This document shows, piece by piece, positions 45,927 through 56,945 of a DNA stretch of 64,000 nucleotides. The translations under genes were made by a program, and so were the position numbers. This DNA is from Oscillospiraceae bacterium (GTDB lineage Bacteria; Bacillota; Clostridia; Oscillospirales; CAG-272), in the NCBI GenBank assembly GCA_015064745.1, contig SVRR01000001.1:23330-87329 (forward strand), given 5' to 3'. The notes under the pieces were generated by a model. That model saw only the letters and a list, made by a program, of their open reading frames with translations. It searched no databases and was not told where the DNA came from. How positions within the stretch are numbered: position 1 is the stretch's first letter; every line of letters begins with the position of its first letter.

Positions 45927-47765
45927 ATGGAAGAAAAGAAAAAGGGCGGAATTTCCGTCGAAACAGAGCATATATTTCCCATTATCAAGAAATGGCTTTA
46001 TTCGGAAAAGGAGATCTTTTTGCGTGAGATCGTATCCAACGCCTCCGATGCCGTAACCAAGCTTCGCCGTCTTGCGTCTCTCGGTAAGTACGAATCACAC
46101 GGCACGCCGTACCGTATTGATGTCAGCTTTAGTAAATCCTTAAAAACCTTGACGGTCACCGATAACGGTATCGGTATGACCGAGGAGGAGCTTGAAAGAT
46201 ATATTTGCAACATGGCGCTTTCGGGCGCTTTGGAGTTTATCGAGAAATACGAGGGAGAAAAGGAGACTGAGGGAAGCGGAATCATCGGTCACTTTGGTCT
46301 TGGGTTCTATTCCTCGTTCATGGTGGCGGATACGGTAGAGGTCATTACGGCATCCTACGAGGGCACGCCTGCCGTTCATTTTACCTGCTCCGAAGACGGA
46401 AGCTACGAGATCGAGGGCGGTGTCGAGCATGCGCGCGGCACTTCTGTCATCATGCATATCAACGAGGACAGCGAGGAATATCTTGATGAAGCCAAGCTTC
46501 GTGATATCCTTGAAAAATATTGCGCCTTTATGCCTGTCGAAATCTATTTGACTGATGAGGATAAGGAAGAGGAAACGCCAAAGGAAGGGGAAGAGAAAAA
46601 AGAGCCTACCCCTATTAACGACGTAACCCCTCTTTGGCAAAAGAAGGCGGCGGACATCACCGATGAAGAGTATAACGACTTCTATACTAAGGTCTTCCGT
46701 GAGTATAATGAGCCCCTTTTTCATATCCATTTAAATGCGGATTATCCGCTTTGCTTCAAGGGTATCCTCTATTTCCCCAAATTGAAGGAGAACTATGAGA
46801 GCCTTGAAGGCAAGGTGAAGCTGTTTTACAATCAGGTCTTTGTGGCAGAGAATATCAAGGAGGTTCTCCCCGAATATCTCCTTATGCTTCGCGGTGTGCT
46901 TGATTGTCCCGAGCTTCCCCTCAACGTGTCTCGCAGTTACCTGCAAAACAGCTCTTACGTTGCCAAGCTTTCCCGCTATATTGCCAAAAAGGTGGCAGAT
47001 AAGCTTGCCAAAATGTGCAAAAACGAGCGCGAGAAATACGAAGGGTTGTGGAAGGATGTCAAAACCTTCGCGGAATATGCTTCCGTATGCGAAAGAAGCT
47101 TCTATGACGGTGCGAAGGACGGCTTGCTTTTAACCCTTTCTGATGGGAAAAAGCTTACCGTTTCCGAGGCTGTGGAGACGATAGGCGAGAAAAAGACGCT
47201 TTACTACACCACAGACGCCGTTTTGCAAGCGCAATATATCTCCTTGTACACGGCGCGCGATATCAAGGTCTTTGTTTCTGATACGTTGCTTGACGAGCGA
47301 TTTTTCCAAATGCTGGAGCAGTATGAAGGTGTAAAATTCGTTCGTGTGGATGCAGGTACCGATGCTTTGCGGGAGGGGGGCGAGGACGCGGAAAGCGACG
47401 AACGTCTTGCTTCGCTTTTCACCGCCATTGAAAAGGATGGCAAACCCCTTACTGTGAAGCAGGAACGCTTTGTTGATGCGTCCGTTCCCGCCGTTTTAAC
47501 GGTTTCCGAGGAAAGCCGCCGCATGGAGGAAATGATGCGCATGTACGCACCCGATATGCCTGCTATGCCTTCGGAGGTGACGCTGATTTTGAACTTGGCG
47601 TCTCCTATCGTTACGGGGCTTGCCGAGGGGCGCTTCGGGGATAAATCGGAGCAGGTAGCGAAATATATTTATTCCTTGGCACTTCTTTCGCACCGTTCAC
47701 TGAGTGCGGATGAAATGAAGGCGTTCCTTTCGGACTCTTACGAGATCCTTTCGGGACTTTTATGA
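45927..47765 (+). CDS. htpG: Molecular chaperone HtpG (Hsp90 family)
   Basis: ATG 45927 is favoured by the AAGGA spacing, with 45915 as an alternative. It has FPIIKKWLYSEKEIFLREIVSNASDA (GHKL ATPase N-box) and the Hsp90 middle and C-terminal layout. Confidence 0.9.
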   Translation: MEEKKKGGISVETEHIFPIIKKWLYSEKEIFLREIVSNASDAVTKLRRLASLGKYESHGTPYRIDVSFSKSLKTLTVTDNGIGMTEEELERYICNMALSGALEFIEKYEGEKETEGSGIIGHFGLGFYSSFMVADTVEVITASYEGTPAVHFTCSEDGSYEIEGGVEHARGTSVIMHINEDSEEYLDEAKLRDILEKYCAFMPVEIYLTDEDKEEETPKEGEEKKEPTPINDVTPLWQKKAADITDEEYNDFYTKVFREYNEPLFHIHLNADYPLCFKGILYFPKLKENYESLEGKVKLFYNQVFVAENIKEVLPEYLLMLRGVLDCPELPLNVSRSYLQNSSYVAKLSRYIAKKVADKLAKMCKNEREKYEGLWKDVKTFAEYASVCERSFYDGAKDGLLLTLSDGKKLTVSEAVETIGEKKTLYYTTDAVLQAQYISLYTARDIKVFVSDTLLDERFFQMLEQYEGVKFVRVDAGTDALREGGEDAESDERLASLFTAIEKDGKPLTVKQERFVDASVPAVLTVSEESRRMEEMMRMYAPDMPAMPSEVTLILNLASPIVTGLAEGRFGDKSEQVAKYIYSLALLSHRSLSADEMKAFLSDSYEILSGLL

Positions 47766-48670
47766 TGCCTCTTGATACGGTAAGGCAAAACCTTTCCGCT
47801 TTAGCGGAGGCGGAAGCGCGTATATCGGAAAAAAAGCTATACGAGCTTTCGGAACTTTCTTTCTTGTTCTACGAACGCGTTAAAGACGATTTGCACGGAG
47901 AAGAGGATGCATCTCTTTTTCACCGTAGCATCATGGATTGCTTCCTCTTCGAAGAGCTTGAGAAAAAGGATATACCGGCGGAATACGTTTCGCCTTTAAA
48001 AGAAAAACTTCATCTTTGTACCGCGACAGAGATTGCGGCGTTTGCGCTATTTCTTTCGGAACGCATACGTGAAGGCGAAGGTGCGTATTTTCCTTTTAAA
48101 GAAACGCCGACTGCGAGAGTGCGGATCTCCTACGTTCCTGCAGGCAAGGCGGAACGGGCGTACTTCGCTTTAGCGGAAGCGAGACCGGGTGCATCTGTTC
48201 ATTATGCGGACAGTGCAGCAGATGCGGTGGCGGCACTTCTTGCGCACCGCGCCGATTTTGCATTGCTCCCCTTTGTTTCCGCAAAGGGCGAATCGCTTCC
48301 CGGTATCCATCGTCTTTGGATGCAAAACGACCTTTTGCTAAGCGCACTTGTAATCGTTAGCGAGGGAGAGGAAAAGCTTGTATATGCGCTGTTTTCTTCA
48401 GACCTTTCGCCTTACGTTGAAAATGACCGCATGGCGGTTACGTTTAAGATCACCGTAGATTCCTACGCCCATCTTGGTCGTCTTTTGGCAAGTTTACCTA
48501 TCTTTGGATATACGCAGACATCGCTTTCCACCGAAGGTGAGGAATATGGGCGCGTTTGTGTACGTCTGTCGCTTGTCGGAGACGGTGACGTGAAGGCGCT
48601 TTGGATCTACTTGTCGCTTTACGCTGTCAGTGCTTCTTTGCTCGGCAGATATCCCATAATAGAAAACTGA
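47762..48670 (+). CDS. Hypothetical protein whose C-terminal two-thirds resemble a prephenate dehydratase + ACT layout without catalytic motifs
   Basis: 302 aa. Its ATG overlaps the htpG stop (ATGA). RISYVPAGKAERAY...ADFALLPFVSAKGESLPG...MAVTFKITVDSYAHLGRLLASL loosely follows the PDT/ACT order. The ENS and TRF/ESRP signatures are absent. Confidence 0.4.
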   Translation: MMPLDTVRQNLSALAEAEARISEKKLYELSELSFLFYERVKDDLHGEEDASLFHRSIMDCFLFEELEKKDIPAEYVSPLKEKLHLCTATEIAAFALFLSERIREGEGAYFPFKETPTARVRISYVPAGKAERAYFALAEARPGASVHYADSAADAVAALLAHRADFALLPFVSAKGESLPGIHRLWMQNDLLLSALVIVSEGEEKLVYALFSSDLSPYVENDRMAVTFKITVDSYAHLGRLLASLPIFGYTQTSLSTEGEEYGRVCVRLSLVGDGDVKALWIYLSLYAVSASLLGRYPIIEN

Positions 48671-48690
48671 AATTAAGAGAGGTTAAAAGT

Positions 48691-48960
48691 ATGAAACAAT
48701 CTATTGATTACATTCCCCACGGCACCTGTTCCCGCATGATTCATGTGGTGTTGGAGAACGGGATCGTTGAAAGTGTCCGCTTTGAATCCGGTTGTGCGGG
48801 CAATACCAAAGGAGTTGCGGCTCTTGCGGTCGGTATGAAGGCTGAGGATGCCATTGCCCGTCTTTCCGGTATTCGTTGCGGCTTTAAGAATACGTCTTGT
48901 CCCGATCAGCTCGCAAAGGCAATTACCCTTTGCCTCGCGGAGAAGCCCTCCGATTTCTAA
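48691..48960 (+). CDS. TSCPD domain-containing protein (TIGR03905-like)
   Basis: ATG 48691, 89 aa, containing the literal TSCPDQLAKAI motif and GCAGNTKGVAAL. Confidence 0.8.
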   Translation: MKQSIDYIPHGTCSRMIHVVLENGIVESVRFESGCAGNTKGVAALAVGMKAEDAIARLSGIRCGFKNTSCPDQLAKAITLCLAEKPSDF

Positions 48961-48978
48961 GAAAACGAAAGGAATAAA

Positions 48979-50718
48979 ATGTCAGATCAAGCATTCGCGC
49001 AAGCGGAATACGAAAGATGGTGCGCCTATCCCAAACTGGATGAGGCTACCCGACAAGAATTGCTTACCATACAAGGGGATGGGAATGCCATCCTTATGCG
49101 TTTCGGCACTTCTATGAGCTTTGGCACGGCAGGGCTTCGCTCTACCATGTGCGCGGGGACGGCATGTATGAATAATTACACCGTTGCACAGGCAACGCAA
49201 GGGATCGCGGTACTTATAAAGCGCGAGGGCGGATGCGAACGCGGTGTTGCCGTTGCGTACGATAGCCGTAACAATTCCAAGCGCTTTGCGCAGGTTGCGG
49301 CGGAGGTGCTTGCCGGAAACGGTATCCGCGTTTATCTCTTTGACAGTGTTCGCCCCACCCCCGAGCTTTCCTTTGCCGTGCGCGAGTGCGGTTGCATGGC
49401 GGGTATCAATATCACCGCTTCGCACAATCCCAAGGAATATAACGGCTATAAAGCATATTGGGAGGATGGCGCACAGCTTTCCCCCGAGCACAGCCGCGTC
49501 GTTGCTGATGCTATTGCTGAGGTCGACGTTTTGGGCGGCGCACAGCGTATGCCGCTGGATAAGGCGCGCGAAGAGGGACTTCTCACCCTTCTTGATGAGA
49601 GCTTCGATGAAGTTTATCTGAACGCGGTCATGGAGACTGCCATCGCGCCCGAGGAAATAAAGAAGGTTAGCGAGGAGCTTAAAATCGTATATACACCTCT
49701 GCACGGTGCAGGCTACCGTCTCGTTCCCGAGATCCTTCGCCGCATGGGGATGAAGCATTTATATACCGTTCCCGAGCAAATGGTGCTTGACGGCAATTTC
49801 CCAACGGTGAAAAAGCCAAACCCCGAGTATGCAAACGTTTTTGCGCTCGGCGTTGCCATCGCGGAGCGAGAGGGAAGCGATCTTATCATCGCTACCGATC
49901 CCGATGCCGACCGCGTGGGCGTGATGAGTCGCACGGCAAACGGCGATTTTGCAACCATCACCGGCAACCAAATGGGCGCCTTGCTGCTTGATTACGTTAT
50001 TCGCGCACGCCGTGCGTGCGGAAAGCTTTCTTGCGGCTCTTACGCAGTGAAATCCATCGTGTCTACCGCTTTGGCAGAGAAGATCGCCTTGGCAAATGGT
50101 GTAAAGCTTTACGACGTGTTCACGGGCTTTAAGTTCATCGGAGAGGTTATTAAAAATTACGAAAAAAGCGGCAAGGAGGGTGACTTCCTTTTAGGCTTTG
50201 AAGAAAGCTACGGCTATCTCTTCGGCACCTACGCCAGGGATAAGGATGCCGTTGGCGCTACCATGATGATCGTTGAAATGACGGCGTACTACCGCAGCCG
50301 CGGCATGACACTCTCCGACGCGCTTGAAAATCTTTACAAGGAATATGGCTTGTATAAGGAGGGTGTTCTTGACCTCTATATGGAGGGTGTTCACGGACCC
50401 GAGCGTCTCAGACGCACGATGGATAGCTTGCGCTCCTCGCCTCTTACGCATTTTGCCGAAGTGCCTATTGCGTTTTTGACCGATCATAGCCAAAGGTATA
50501 CCCTCAACCTAAAAACGGGCGAGAGGACACCGACCGGTATGGAAGCATCCAATGTTCTTTACTATACGTTGGAAAATGGTGATAAGATCATTGTGCGTCC
50601 CTCGGGAACCGAACCGAAGATAAAGTTTTATTTTCTTTGCGTGGGAGAGGATGCGACAGCCCTTGATGCAAAAATTCAAGAATATCAAAAGGCGGCAGAG
50701 GCACTTACCGCGGTGTAA
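48979..50718 (+). CDS. Phospho-sugar mutase (alpha-D-phosphohexomutase family, PgcA-like)
   Basis: 579 aa with the active-site loop ITASHNPKEYNGYK and the metal loop DPDADR. Confidence 0.85.
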   Translation: MSDQAFAQAEYERWCAYPKLDEATRQELLTIQGDGNAILMRFGTSMSFGTAGLRSTMCAGTACMNNYTVAQATQGIAVLIKREGGCERGVAVAYDSRNNSKRFAQVAAEVLAGNGIRVYLFDSVRPTPELSFAVRECGCMAGINITASHNPKEYNGYKAYWEDGAQLSPEHSRVVADAIAEVDVLGGAQRMPLDKAREEGLLTLLDESFDEVYLNAVMETAIAPEEIKKVSEELKIVYTPLHGAGYRLVPEILRRMGMKHLYTVPEQMVLDGNFPTVKKPNPEYANVFALGVAIAEREGSDLIIATDPDADRVGVMSRTANGDFATITGNQMGALLLDYVIRARRACGKLSCGSYAVKSIVSTALAEKIALANGVKLYDVFTGFKFIGEVIKNYEKSGKEGDFLLGFEESYGYLFGTYARDKDAVGATMMIVEMTAYYRSRGMTLSDALENLYKEYGLYKEGVLDLYMEGVHGPERLRRTMDSLRSSPLTHFAEVPIAFLTDHSQRYTLNLKTGERTPTGMEASNVLYYTLENGDKIIVRPSGTEPKIKFYFLCVGEDATALDAKIQEYQKAAEALTAV

Positions 50719-50741
50719 GCTCTGCATGAAAGGAATCCAAA

Positions 50742-52550
50742 GTGACCGATAAGCAACAAAGGACCAGAAACTTTTCTATTATCGCACACATTGACCATGG
50801 AAAAAGCACGCTAGCCGACCGTATTCTCGAAGCCACACAGGCGGTGGCAAAGCGAGATATGGAGCAAAGGCTTCTTGACAATATGGATCTGGAAAAGGAG
50901 CGCGGCATTACCATTAAAGCGCGTGCTGTGCGCCTTGTGTACAGGAACAGTGAGGGCGAATATTATCTCAATCTCATAGATACCCCGGGCCATGTGGACT
51001 TTGGGTATGAGGTCTCGCGTTCCCTCAGCGCGTGTGAGGGGGCTTTGCTCGTTGTGGATGCAACGCAGGGAGTAGAGGCACAGACATTGGCAAATGCCTA
51101 CCTTGCCATCGATAACGATCTTGAGATCTTGCCCGTTATCAACAAAATAGATCTTCCTTCGGCTGACCCCGAAAACTGCCGACACGAAATCGAGGACATT
51201 ATCGGTATTCCTGCCGAGGATTGTCCTGCCGTTTCTGCGAAAACCGGTCAAAATATCGGGGATGTGCTTGAAAAGATCGTCAGTGATATTCCCGCACCGA
51301 AGGGGGATTGCAAAGCACCGCTCAAATGTCTTATCTTTGACTCTTACTATGACAGTTATCTTGGTGTCGTTGTTAACGTGCGTGTCGTAGACGGTACGCT
51401 TCGTGCGGGGGAAAAGATACTTCTTATGAGCACAGGGGCGACCTTTGACGTGACCGAGGTTGGTACGATGGAGCCCTTCGGCTTGCAAAAATGCGAGGAG
51501 CTTGCCGCGGGCGACGTCGGTTATATCACTGCCAGCATTAAGACGGTCAGCGAGACCCGTGTCGGTGATACGGTAACCCACGCCGAACGCCCGACAGCGG
51601 AGGCGCTTCCCGGATTTCGTCGTGCACAGCCTATGGTGTATGCGGGCATTTATACGCCTGACGGCGCGAAATATCCCGATCTCCGTGATGCTTTGGAAAA
51701 ACTTCAATTAAACGATGCGTCTCTCAGCTACGAGCCGGAAACCTCTGCAGCCTTGGGCTTTGGCTTCCGTTGCGGATTCTTGGGACTTTTGCACATGGAG
51801 ATCATCGAGGAACGCCTTGAAAGAGAGTTCGGTCTTGACCTTATCACAACGGCGCCCAGTGTTATTTATAAGATCGAAAAGCGAGGTGGGGACGTCGTTT
51901 ACGTCGATAACCCCTCCAACTATCCCTCGCCGGACGAAATAGATACGGCGTATGAGCCCTTTGTTAAAGCGAGCATCATTACCCCTTCCGATTATCTTGG
52001 CGGTATTATGGACCTTTGCAAGGAGCGCCGCGGCGTCTTCATTGATATGAAGTACATTGATACGACGCGTGTGGAGCTGCACTACGTTTTGCCGCTGAAC
52101 GAAATTATTTATGATTTCTTCGATGCTTTGAAGAGCCGTAGCAAGGGCTATGCCTCGCTGGACTATGAGTTTGATGAATACAGACCGAGCAAGCTTGTAA
52201 AGCTTGACTTTTTGCTCAACGGTGAGCAGGTGGACGCTCTCTCCTTTATCGTCTTTGAGGAGAATGCTTATGCGCGTGCGCGGAAGATCACAGAGCGCTT
52301 AAAGGAAAATATACCGCGGCAAATGTTTGAGATCCCCATTCAGGCTGCTATCGGTACCAAGGTCATCGCCCGAGAAACGGTAAAGGCAATGCGTAAGGAC
52401 GTGCTTGCTAAGTGCTATGGCGGTGATATTACCCGTAAGAAAAAGCTTCTTGAGAAGCAAAAGGAAGGCAAAAAGAAGATGCGCAAGCTCGGTAGCGTAG
52501 AGGTTTCCCCCGAAGCGTTTATGGCAGTTTTAAAGCTTGACGATGAGTAA
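50742..52550 (+). CDS. lepA: Translation elongation factor 4 (LepA)
   Basis: GTG start. [20 protein letters not shown] and DTPGHVDF are present, and the LepA-specific C-terminal domain ends ...[17 protein letters not shown]. Confidence 0.95.
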   Translation: MTDKQQRTRNFSIIAHIDHGKSTLADRILEATQAVAKRDMEQRLLDNMDLEKERGITIKARAVRLVYRNSEGEYYLNLIDTPGHVDFGYEVSRSLSACEGALLVVDATQGVEAQTLANAYLAIDNDLEILPVINKIDLPSADPENCRHEIEDIIGIPAEDCPAVSAKTGQNIGDVLEKIVSDIPAPKGDCKAPLKCLIFDSYYDSYLGVVVNVRVVDGTLRAGEKILLMSTGATFDVTEVGTMEPFGLQKCEELAAGDVGYITASIKTVSETRVGDTVTHAERPTAEALPGFRRAQPMVYAGIYTPDGAKYPDLRDALEKLQLNDASLSYEPETSAALGFGFRCGFLGLLHMEIIEERLEREFGLDLITTAPSVIYKIEKRGGDVVYVDNPSNYPSPDEIDTAYEPFVKASIITPSDYLGGIMDLCKERRGVFIDMKYIDTTRVELHYVLPLNEIIYDFFDALKSRSKGYASLDYEFDEYRPSKLVKLDFLLNGEQVDALSFIVFEENAYARARKITERLKENIPRQMFEIPIQAAIGTKVIARETVKAMRKDVLAKCYGGDITRKKKLLEKQKEGKKKMRKLGSVEVSPEAFMAVLKLDDE

Positions 52551-53682
52551 AGCAGGTCTTTATTTTCACATTCCTTTTTGCCTAAGAAAGTGTGAGTATT
52601 GCGATTTTTGTTCTTTTACGGGAAAGGGCGAAGCACAGATGCGTGCGTATGCGGACGCTCTTATAAGAGAGATGACGCATTATGCGCCACGCGCAAGAGA
52701 TACTGTTTTTGACACCGTATTTTTTGGCGGCGGAACTCCCTCACTTTTACCGACGGATGAGGTAGAGCGCATCCTTCTTAGTGCAAACGAGCTTTTTCAA
52801 ATCGAAAAGGATTCAGAAATTACTTTGGAGGCCAATCCCGCAACGGCAGACGAGGAAAAGCTTGCGAAATTTAGACGCATGGGCGTAAATCGTTTAAGTG
52901 TGGGGGTGCAAAGTCTTTCGGACAAAGAGCTTTCTTATCTTGGACGTCTGCATACCTCCCGCGAGGCACTTGATTTTTTAAATACTGCACGGCGCGTGGG
53001 CTTTGATAATATTAATGTCGATCTCATGTACGGAATTCCTGCCCAAACACCGGCGAGTGCGAAAGAAACCTTGCTTTCTGTTGTCGATTTTGCACCTGCC
53101 CACATTTCGGCATACAGCTTGATGTTAGAAGATGGAACACCGCTTTACGAAAGAAGGGCGCAGCTTCCACTTCCCTCAGAGGAAGAGGAGGACACCATCA
53201 ACACGATCGTTTCTCGCACGCTTGAAAAGCACGGATACCGCCACTATGAAATCAGTAATTATGCAAAACAAGGAATGCCTTCGAGGCACAATTTGCATTA
53301 TTGGCACAGTGACCCTTATCTTGGCTTCGGTGTCTCCGCGTATTCCTTTTTTGATGGCGTGAGGTACGGAAACGCAAGCGATTTTTCCGCGTATCTTTTC
53401 GACCCGACGGCTTGCTTAGCGGAGAGAGAGAGCATCACCGAAGCTTCTCTTGCTTACGAGTGGATCATGCTTCGCTTGCGGCTTGCGGAGGGACTCTCAC
53501 TCTCCGAATATCGTGCGCGATTTGGGGTAGACTTACTGTGTGCGCATGAAAAAACGATAAAGGTATTTGTGGAAAGAGGGCTCATGCAAGTCGCAGACGG
53601 ACGGCTCTCTCTTACGGAAAGAGGATTTCGTCTCTCTAATTCGATTTTGATTTCCTTCATGCCCGATGAAAAAAACAGTTGA
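52543..53682 (+). CDS. hemW: Radical SAM heme chaperone HemW (HemN-like)
   Basis: ATG 52543 overlaps the lepA end. It has [17 protein letters not shown] and GGGTPS. The lepA-hemW pairing is the classical arrangement. Confidence 0.85.
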   Translation: MSKAGLYFHIPFCLRKCEYCDFCSFTGKGEAQMRAYADALIREMTHYAPRARDTVFDTVFFGGGTPSLLPTDEVERILLSANELFQIEKDSEITLEANPATADEEKLAKFRRMGVNRLSVGVQSLSDKELSYLGRLHTSREALDFLNTARRVGFDNINVDLMYGIPAQTPASAKETLLSVVDFAPAHISAYSLMLEDGTPLYERRAQLPLPSEEEEDTINTIVSRTLEKHGYRHYEISNYAKQGMPSRHNLHYWHSDPYLGFGVSAYSFFDGVRYGNASDFSAYLFDPTACLAERESITEASLAYEWIMLRLRLAEGLSLSEYRARFGVDLLCAHEKTIKVFVERGLMQVADGRLSLTERGFRLSNSILISFMPDEKNS

Positions 53683-53707
53683 CAAACGTATGAAAATTTG
53701 CTACAAT
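53679..53707 (+). promoter_or_regulatory. Sigma-A promoter of the DUF1292 gene plus downstream RNA
   Basis: TTGACA (53679-53684), 17 nt spacer, TACAAT (53702-53707). Confidence 0.55.
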
Positions 53708-53744
53708 AGACCTAGAATATAACTATCAACGAAAGGAATTTACC

Positions 53745-54056
53745 ATGGCTGATATTGTAAAAGAAAACGGCGCTCCCGAAGAGGAGCTTGAAGAGGTTGA
53801 TGTTGTCACTTTGACCGACGAAAACGGCGAAGAGCTTGATTTCGTGGTGCTTGGGGAGGCGGAGATCGAGGGAAGTGTATACATGGCGCTTGAACCCGTG
53901 GAAAACCCCGAGGGTGAATACGTGGTCCTCAAAAAGGTAGAAGCAGAGAATGGCGAGATCGATCTGATCACCATTGATGATGACGACGAATTTGAGCGCG
54001 TCTCCGATTTCTTCGAGGATGAGTTGTTCGGTGAGGTTGATTACGACGCCGAGTAA
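53745..54056 (+). CDS. DUF1292 domain-containing protein
   Basis: 103 aa and very acidic. VTLTDENGEELDFVVLGEAEIEGSVYMALEPV...YVVLKKV matches the DUF1292 pattern. Confidence 0.8.
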   Translation: MADIVKENGAPEEELEEVDVVTLTDENGEELDFVVLGEAEIEGSVYMALEPVENPEGEYVVLKKVEAENGEIDLITIDDDDEFERVSDFFEDELFGEVDYDAE

Positions 54057-54069
54057 TTCTTAACAAGTG

Positions 54070-54307
54070 AATTTCATCCTGCCTTGTGCGTGATTAAGGC
54101 ATATTTGGGCCTACACGCAGTTAAATGGAGTCCATATTCTATTTCGGGGCGCAGACCTCCCGCGCGCAGCCTGCCTTTGTGCCGCCGCGTAGCGGATGCT
54201 GGGAGCGACAAAGAAAAGAGCGGACACCACCCTGGACATTCAGGGCTAAAACTTGCCTTACACGGCATGGCGGGAGTTGAGCAGCCGCAATTTTGCGGCT
54301 GCTTTTT
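54070..54307 (+). ncRNA. Candidate structured RNA (class unknown), either a 3-prime-UTR element or a stand-alone sRNA, ending in its own intrinsic terminator
   Basis: About 240 nt with no credible ORF in any frame, visibly GC-rich compared with other intergenic DNA here. Possible helices are 54080-54088 with 54258-54267, 54157-54163 with 54270-54276, hairpin 54087-54119 and hairpin 54230-54245. The terminator is GCAGCCGCA-loop-TGCGGCTGC plus T5 at 54281-54307. Confidence 0.4.
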
Positions 54308-54319
54308 CCATGAAAACCT

Positions 54320-54355
54320 AAAAAAGACCTTGCCCCGAAGGGCAAGGTCTTTTTG
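54320..54355. terminator. Bidirectional terminator
   Basis: A6-GACCTTGCCC-CGAA-GGGCAAGGTC-T5, adjacent to the stop of the reverse-strand peptidase gene. Confidence 0.75.
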
Positions 54356-54356
54356 T

Positions 54357-55570
54357 TTAAGAACGAAGAATGAGAAGAGCCAGTATTTTGACGAAGGAAA
54401 GAAGTATTTCGCAGTCAATATGCTCGTTTGGCTGATGTGCGCCGCCACCTTCCTTTGAACCGCGCGGGATGCCGAAATTAAAGCTGTTTTTCGTTCCATA
54501 GCGCAAGAGAAGAGAAAGGTCGGAAAGGCAGGTGTCCTTCGTGTCGGGTGCGACACCGTTTTGCTCTTCCAGCAGGGAAGAGAGAACTTGTACTTCGCGA
54601 CTTTCCTTATCTGTTTCCCCATAAATGAAGAATCTCGTGCGAAGCACAAAGCCGTCGGTGGCAAGGGAAAGCGCGTCAAAGCGAGGCTTGAGTCGTTCAC
54701 AGATCTCGGCAAAGCAAGCCACCGTTTCGTCCTTCGTCATATCGGTGTAGATGGCAAAGGCAAGCTTGCCCGATTTCGTTCCGTTCGTTCCCGCGGTAAC
54801 GGTAGAAAGACGGATAGTGTTCTTGCCTACACCGTGGAGCGCTTCAAGCTCCTCTTTAATCAGATTAAGGCCGGTGAAAACGTCCATGATGGAAGCGATC
54901 GCCTTTTCGTTTTGCGTAGAGCGAACGGAAATATCAAAGCAACCGCCGCCGAGTGCTTCCGTTTCAAAGCCCGACGCGTCAAGATTAAAGATAGAATCTA
55001 CAGGGTGCTTCAAAGCAAGACCCAAGGCACCGCCACCGCCGCCGCCCTCCTCATCAATGTAAGAGCCAATGAGAAGATTGCGCCCGGGAGAGATGCCCGT
55101 TTCTTGGAATGCTTTGATGAGATAATATCCTGTGGCGAGTCCAAACTTGTCGTCGCCTGAGCCACGACCGTAAATTTTACCGTCGCGTATCTCGCCGGAG
55201 AGAGGATCGCCGTTCCAAGCATTGAGATCGCCGATTAGGACGGTGTCCATATGCGCGGCAAGCATGGTGCTCTTGGTCGTACCGGGAACACGATAAGTGG
55301 CAACGAGATTTTCACGTGCGTCAGTGCCGCGCCCCTGCATATAGTCAGCAGACGCAGTCAAACCCTCCACAGTGTCGGGCGCAAAGCGATCGATTTCCAG
55401 ACCGAGCTCTCGACACAGTTCCTCTAAACGGTCTTGTCCCGCATTTTCATTTCCGTGCGAATAGAAGTTCTGGGTACGAGAGAGGAAAGCGTTTCAAACA
55501 GCGTTTCCTTATGTTTATCAAGATACGCGAGCAGGGTGCGCTCGTTTTCGTTTTTTGGTGTAATGCTCAT
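54357..55570 (-). pseudogene. M20-family metallopeptidase (ArgE/DapE/CPG2-like), frameshifted
   Basis: The N-terminal 48 codons (MSITPKNENERTLLAYLDKHKETLFETLSSLV..., ATG 55570, stop at 55424-55426) are in one frame. The rest (...NFYSHGNENAGQDRLEELCRELG...AAHMDTV...GRGSGDDK...EEGGG) is in another frame. The shift lies at about 55427-55480. Confidence 0.6.
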
Positions 55571-55571
55571 T

Positions 55572-56776
55572 TTAAAATTTCGCTATTCTCGAAATCAAAT
55601 TTCCACTTTCTTCATCTGCAAAGGGGGAAAGGAAATCGTTTTCGTATTTGAGCCTGTCCTCTTCCTTGGTGAAATCGGGAATATCGTATGCAAGCCCTCC
55701 GTTTAATACGCTGCGCCAACCGAGAATAGCGGCGGCGGAAAGGGCGGTGGCTCTGTACACGTTGAAGAAGGGCTCGTATTCACCCTGGATGTAGTGGATA
55801 AAGTTACGGAGCATCCGGAAATCGATACCGCCGTGGCAAAGACGCATCTGCTCCTCGGTGTAGCTCTCGAATTCTTCCTTGGGAGCCATGTTAAGCTCCT
55901 CGTACTTCGGGTTGTAGACCTCGATTTCGGGAATAGGCTCGTCGGGGTAGAAATGCTTGTCAGAGAAAACGAAGTGTACCTCAGTCTCATCGTAGCGCTT
56001 GGTTTCGATAACACCCTTTTCGCCGAAGATGCGGAACCATTTGCTGGTCGGTCCATAGTAAGCGCAACCCGTTACGTCAAACATAGCACCGTTGTCCATT
56101 TCGCAAAGCACCTTTGCGCCGTCATGGTCAATAAGACGGTTCATACGCTGTGCAGCACCCGGCACGCGAACGACGGACGCCGTCACGCGCTTCGCATGGT
56201 CTCGGTAACGTACATGAGAGAACTGAGGGTATGCATGTTGTAGTAGGTACCGGGCATCAAGTGGCGCCAATGCATGTCATCGTCGGCGTACGGCTTGCTG
56301 TTCGGAGACCAGTGCAGATACTCTGCTTCGGCATAAAACGGGGTTCCGAGCTTGCCGTTTCTGATTTCCTTTCGGATAAACTGCAACGCTCTTTTGTAAG
56401 GTCCGTTTGCACCCAACATATATTTTGCGGTGGAGCGCTCGACGGCACGGCAGAGTGCTACGCAGTCGCCGAGCGTGGGAGCCGCGGTAGTATCGCTGAT
56501 GACGTGAATGCCTTTGTCAGGTGCCTTGATGGCAAAGGCAGCGTGCTCGTGGAAAAAGTTGCAAAGTACGACGGCGTTGATGCCGCAATCCAGAAACTCG
56601 TCGTAGTCGTCAAAAATGCGGGCTCCCGAGGGGATTTCTTGCATTGTCGCTTCGGCACGCTTGGCGTCCGTTTCACAAACAGCATACAAACAAACGTCGT
56701 CCCCGAATGCTTGGGCAAGCTTGATGAATGTGATGCCTCGCACGGTACCTACGACACCAAATTTAATTTTTTTCAT
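55572..56776 (-). pseudogene. Gfo/Idh/MocA-family oxidoreductase, frameshifted
   Basis: The Rossmann N-half (MKKIKFGVVGTVRG..., ATG 56776, AGAGGA RBS) ends at stop 56183. The C-half continues in another frame from about 56200 (…KRVTASVVRVPGAAQ…). The two ORFs overlap at 56183-56270. Confidence 0.65.
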
Positions 56777-56945
56777 TGTACGTGTTCCTCTGCTGATGGA
56801 CTGCTTTTTTATTTCCTTCAAGAACCTTCTAAGTTTATTATAGCATAACATTTACCGGGTGTAAAGTAAAAATACCATAATTCTAAGTGCAATTTTCGTG
56901 TTGTTTTGCAAGAAAATTGACCGAGTTCTTGCCTCTTTTAAAAAA

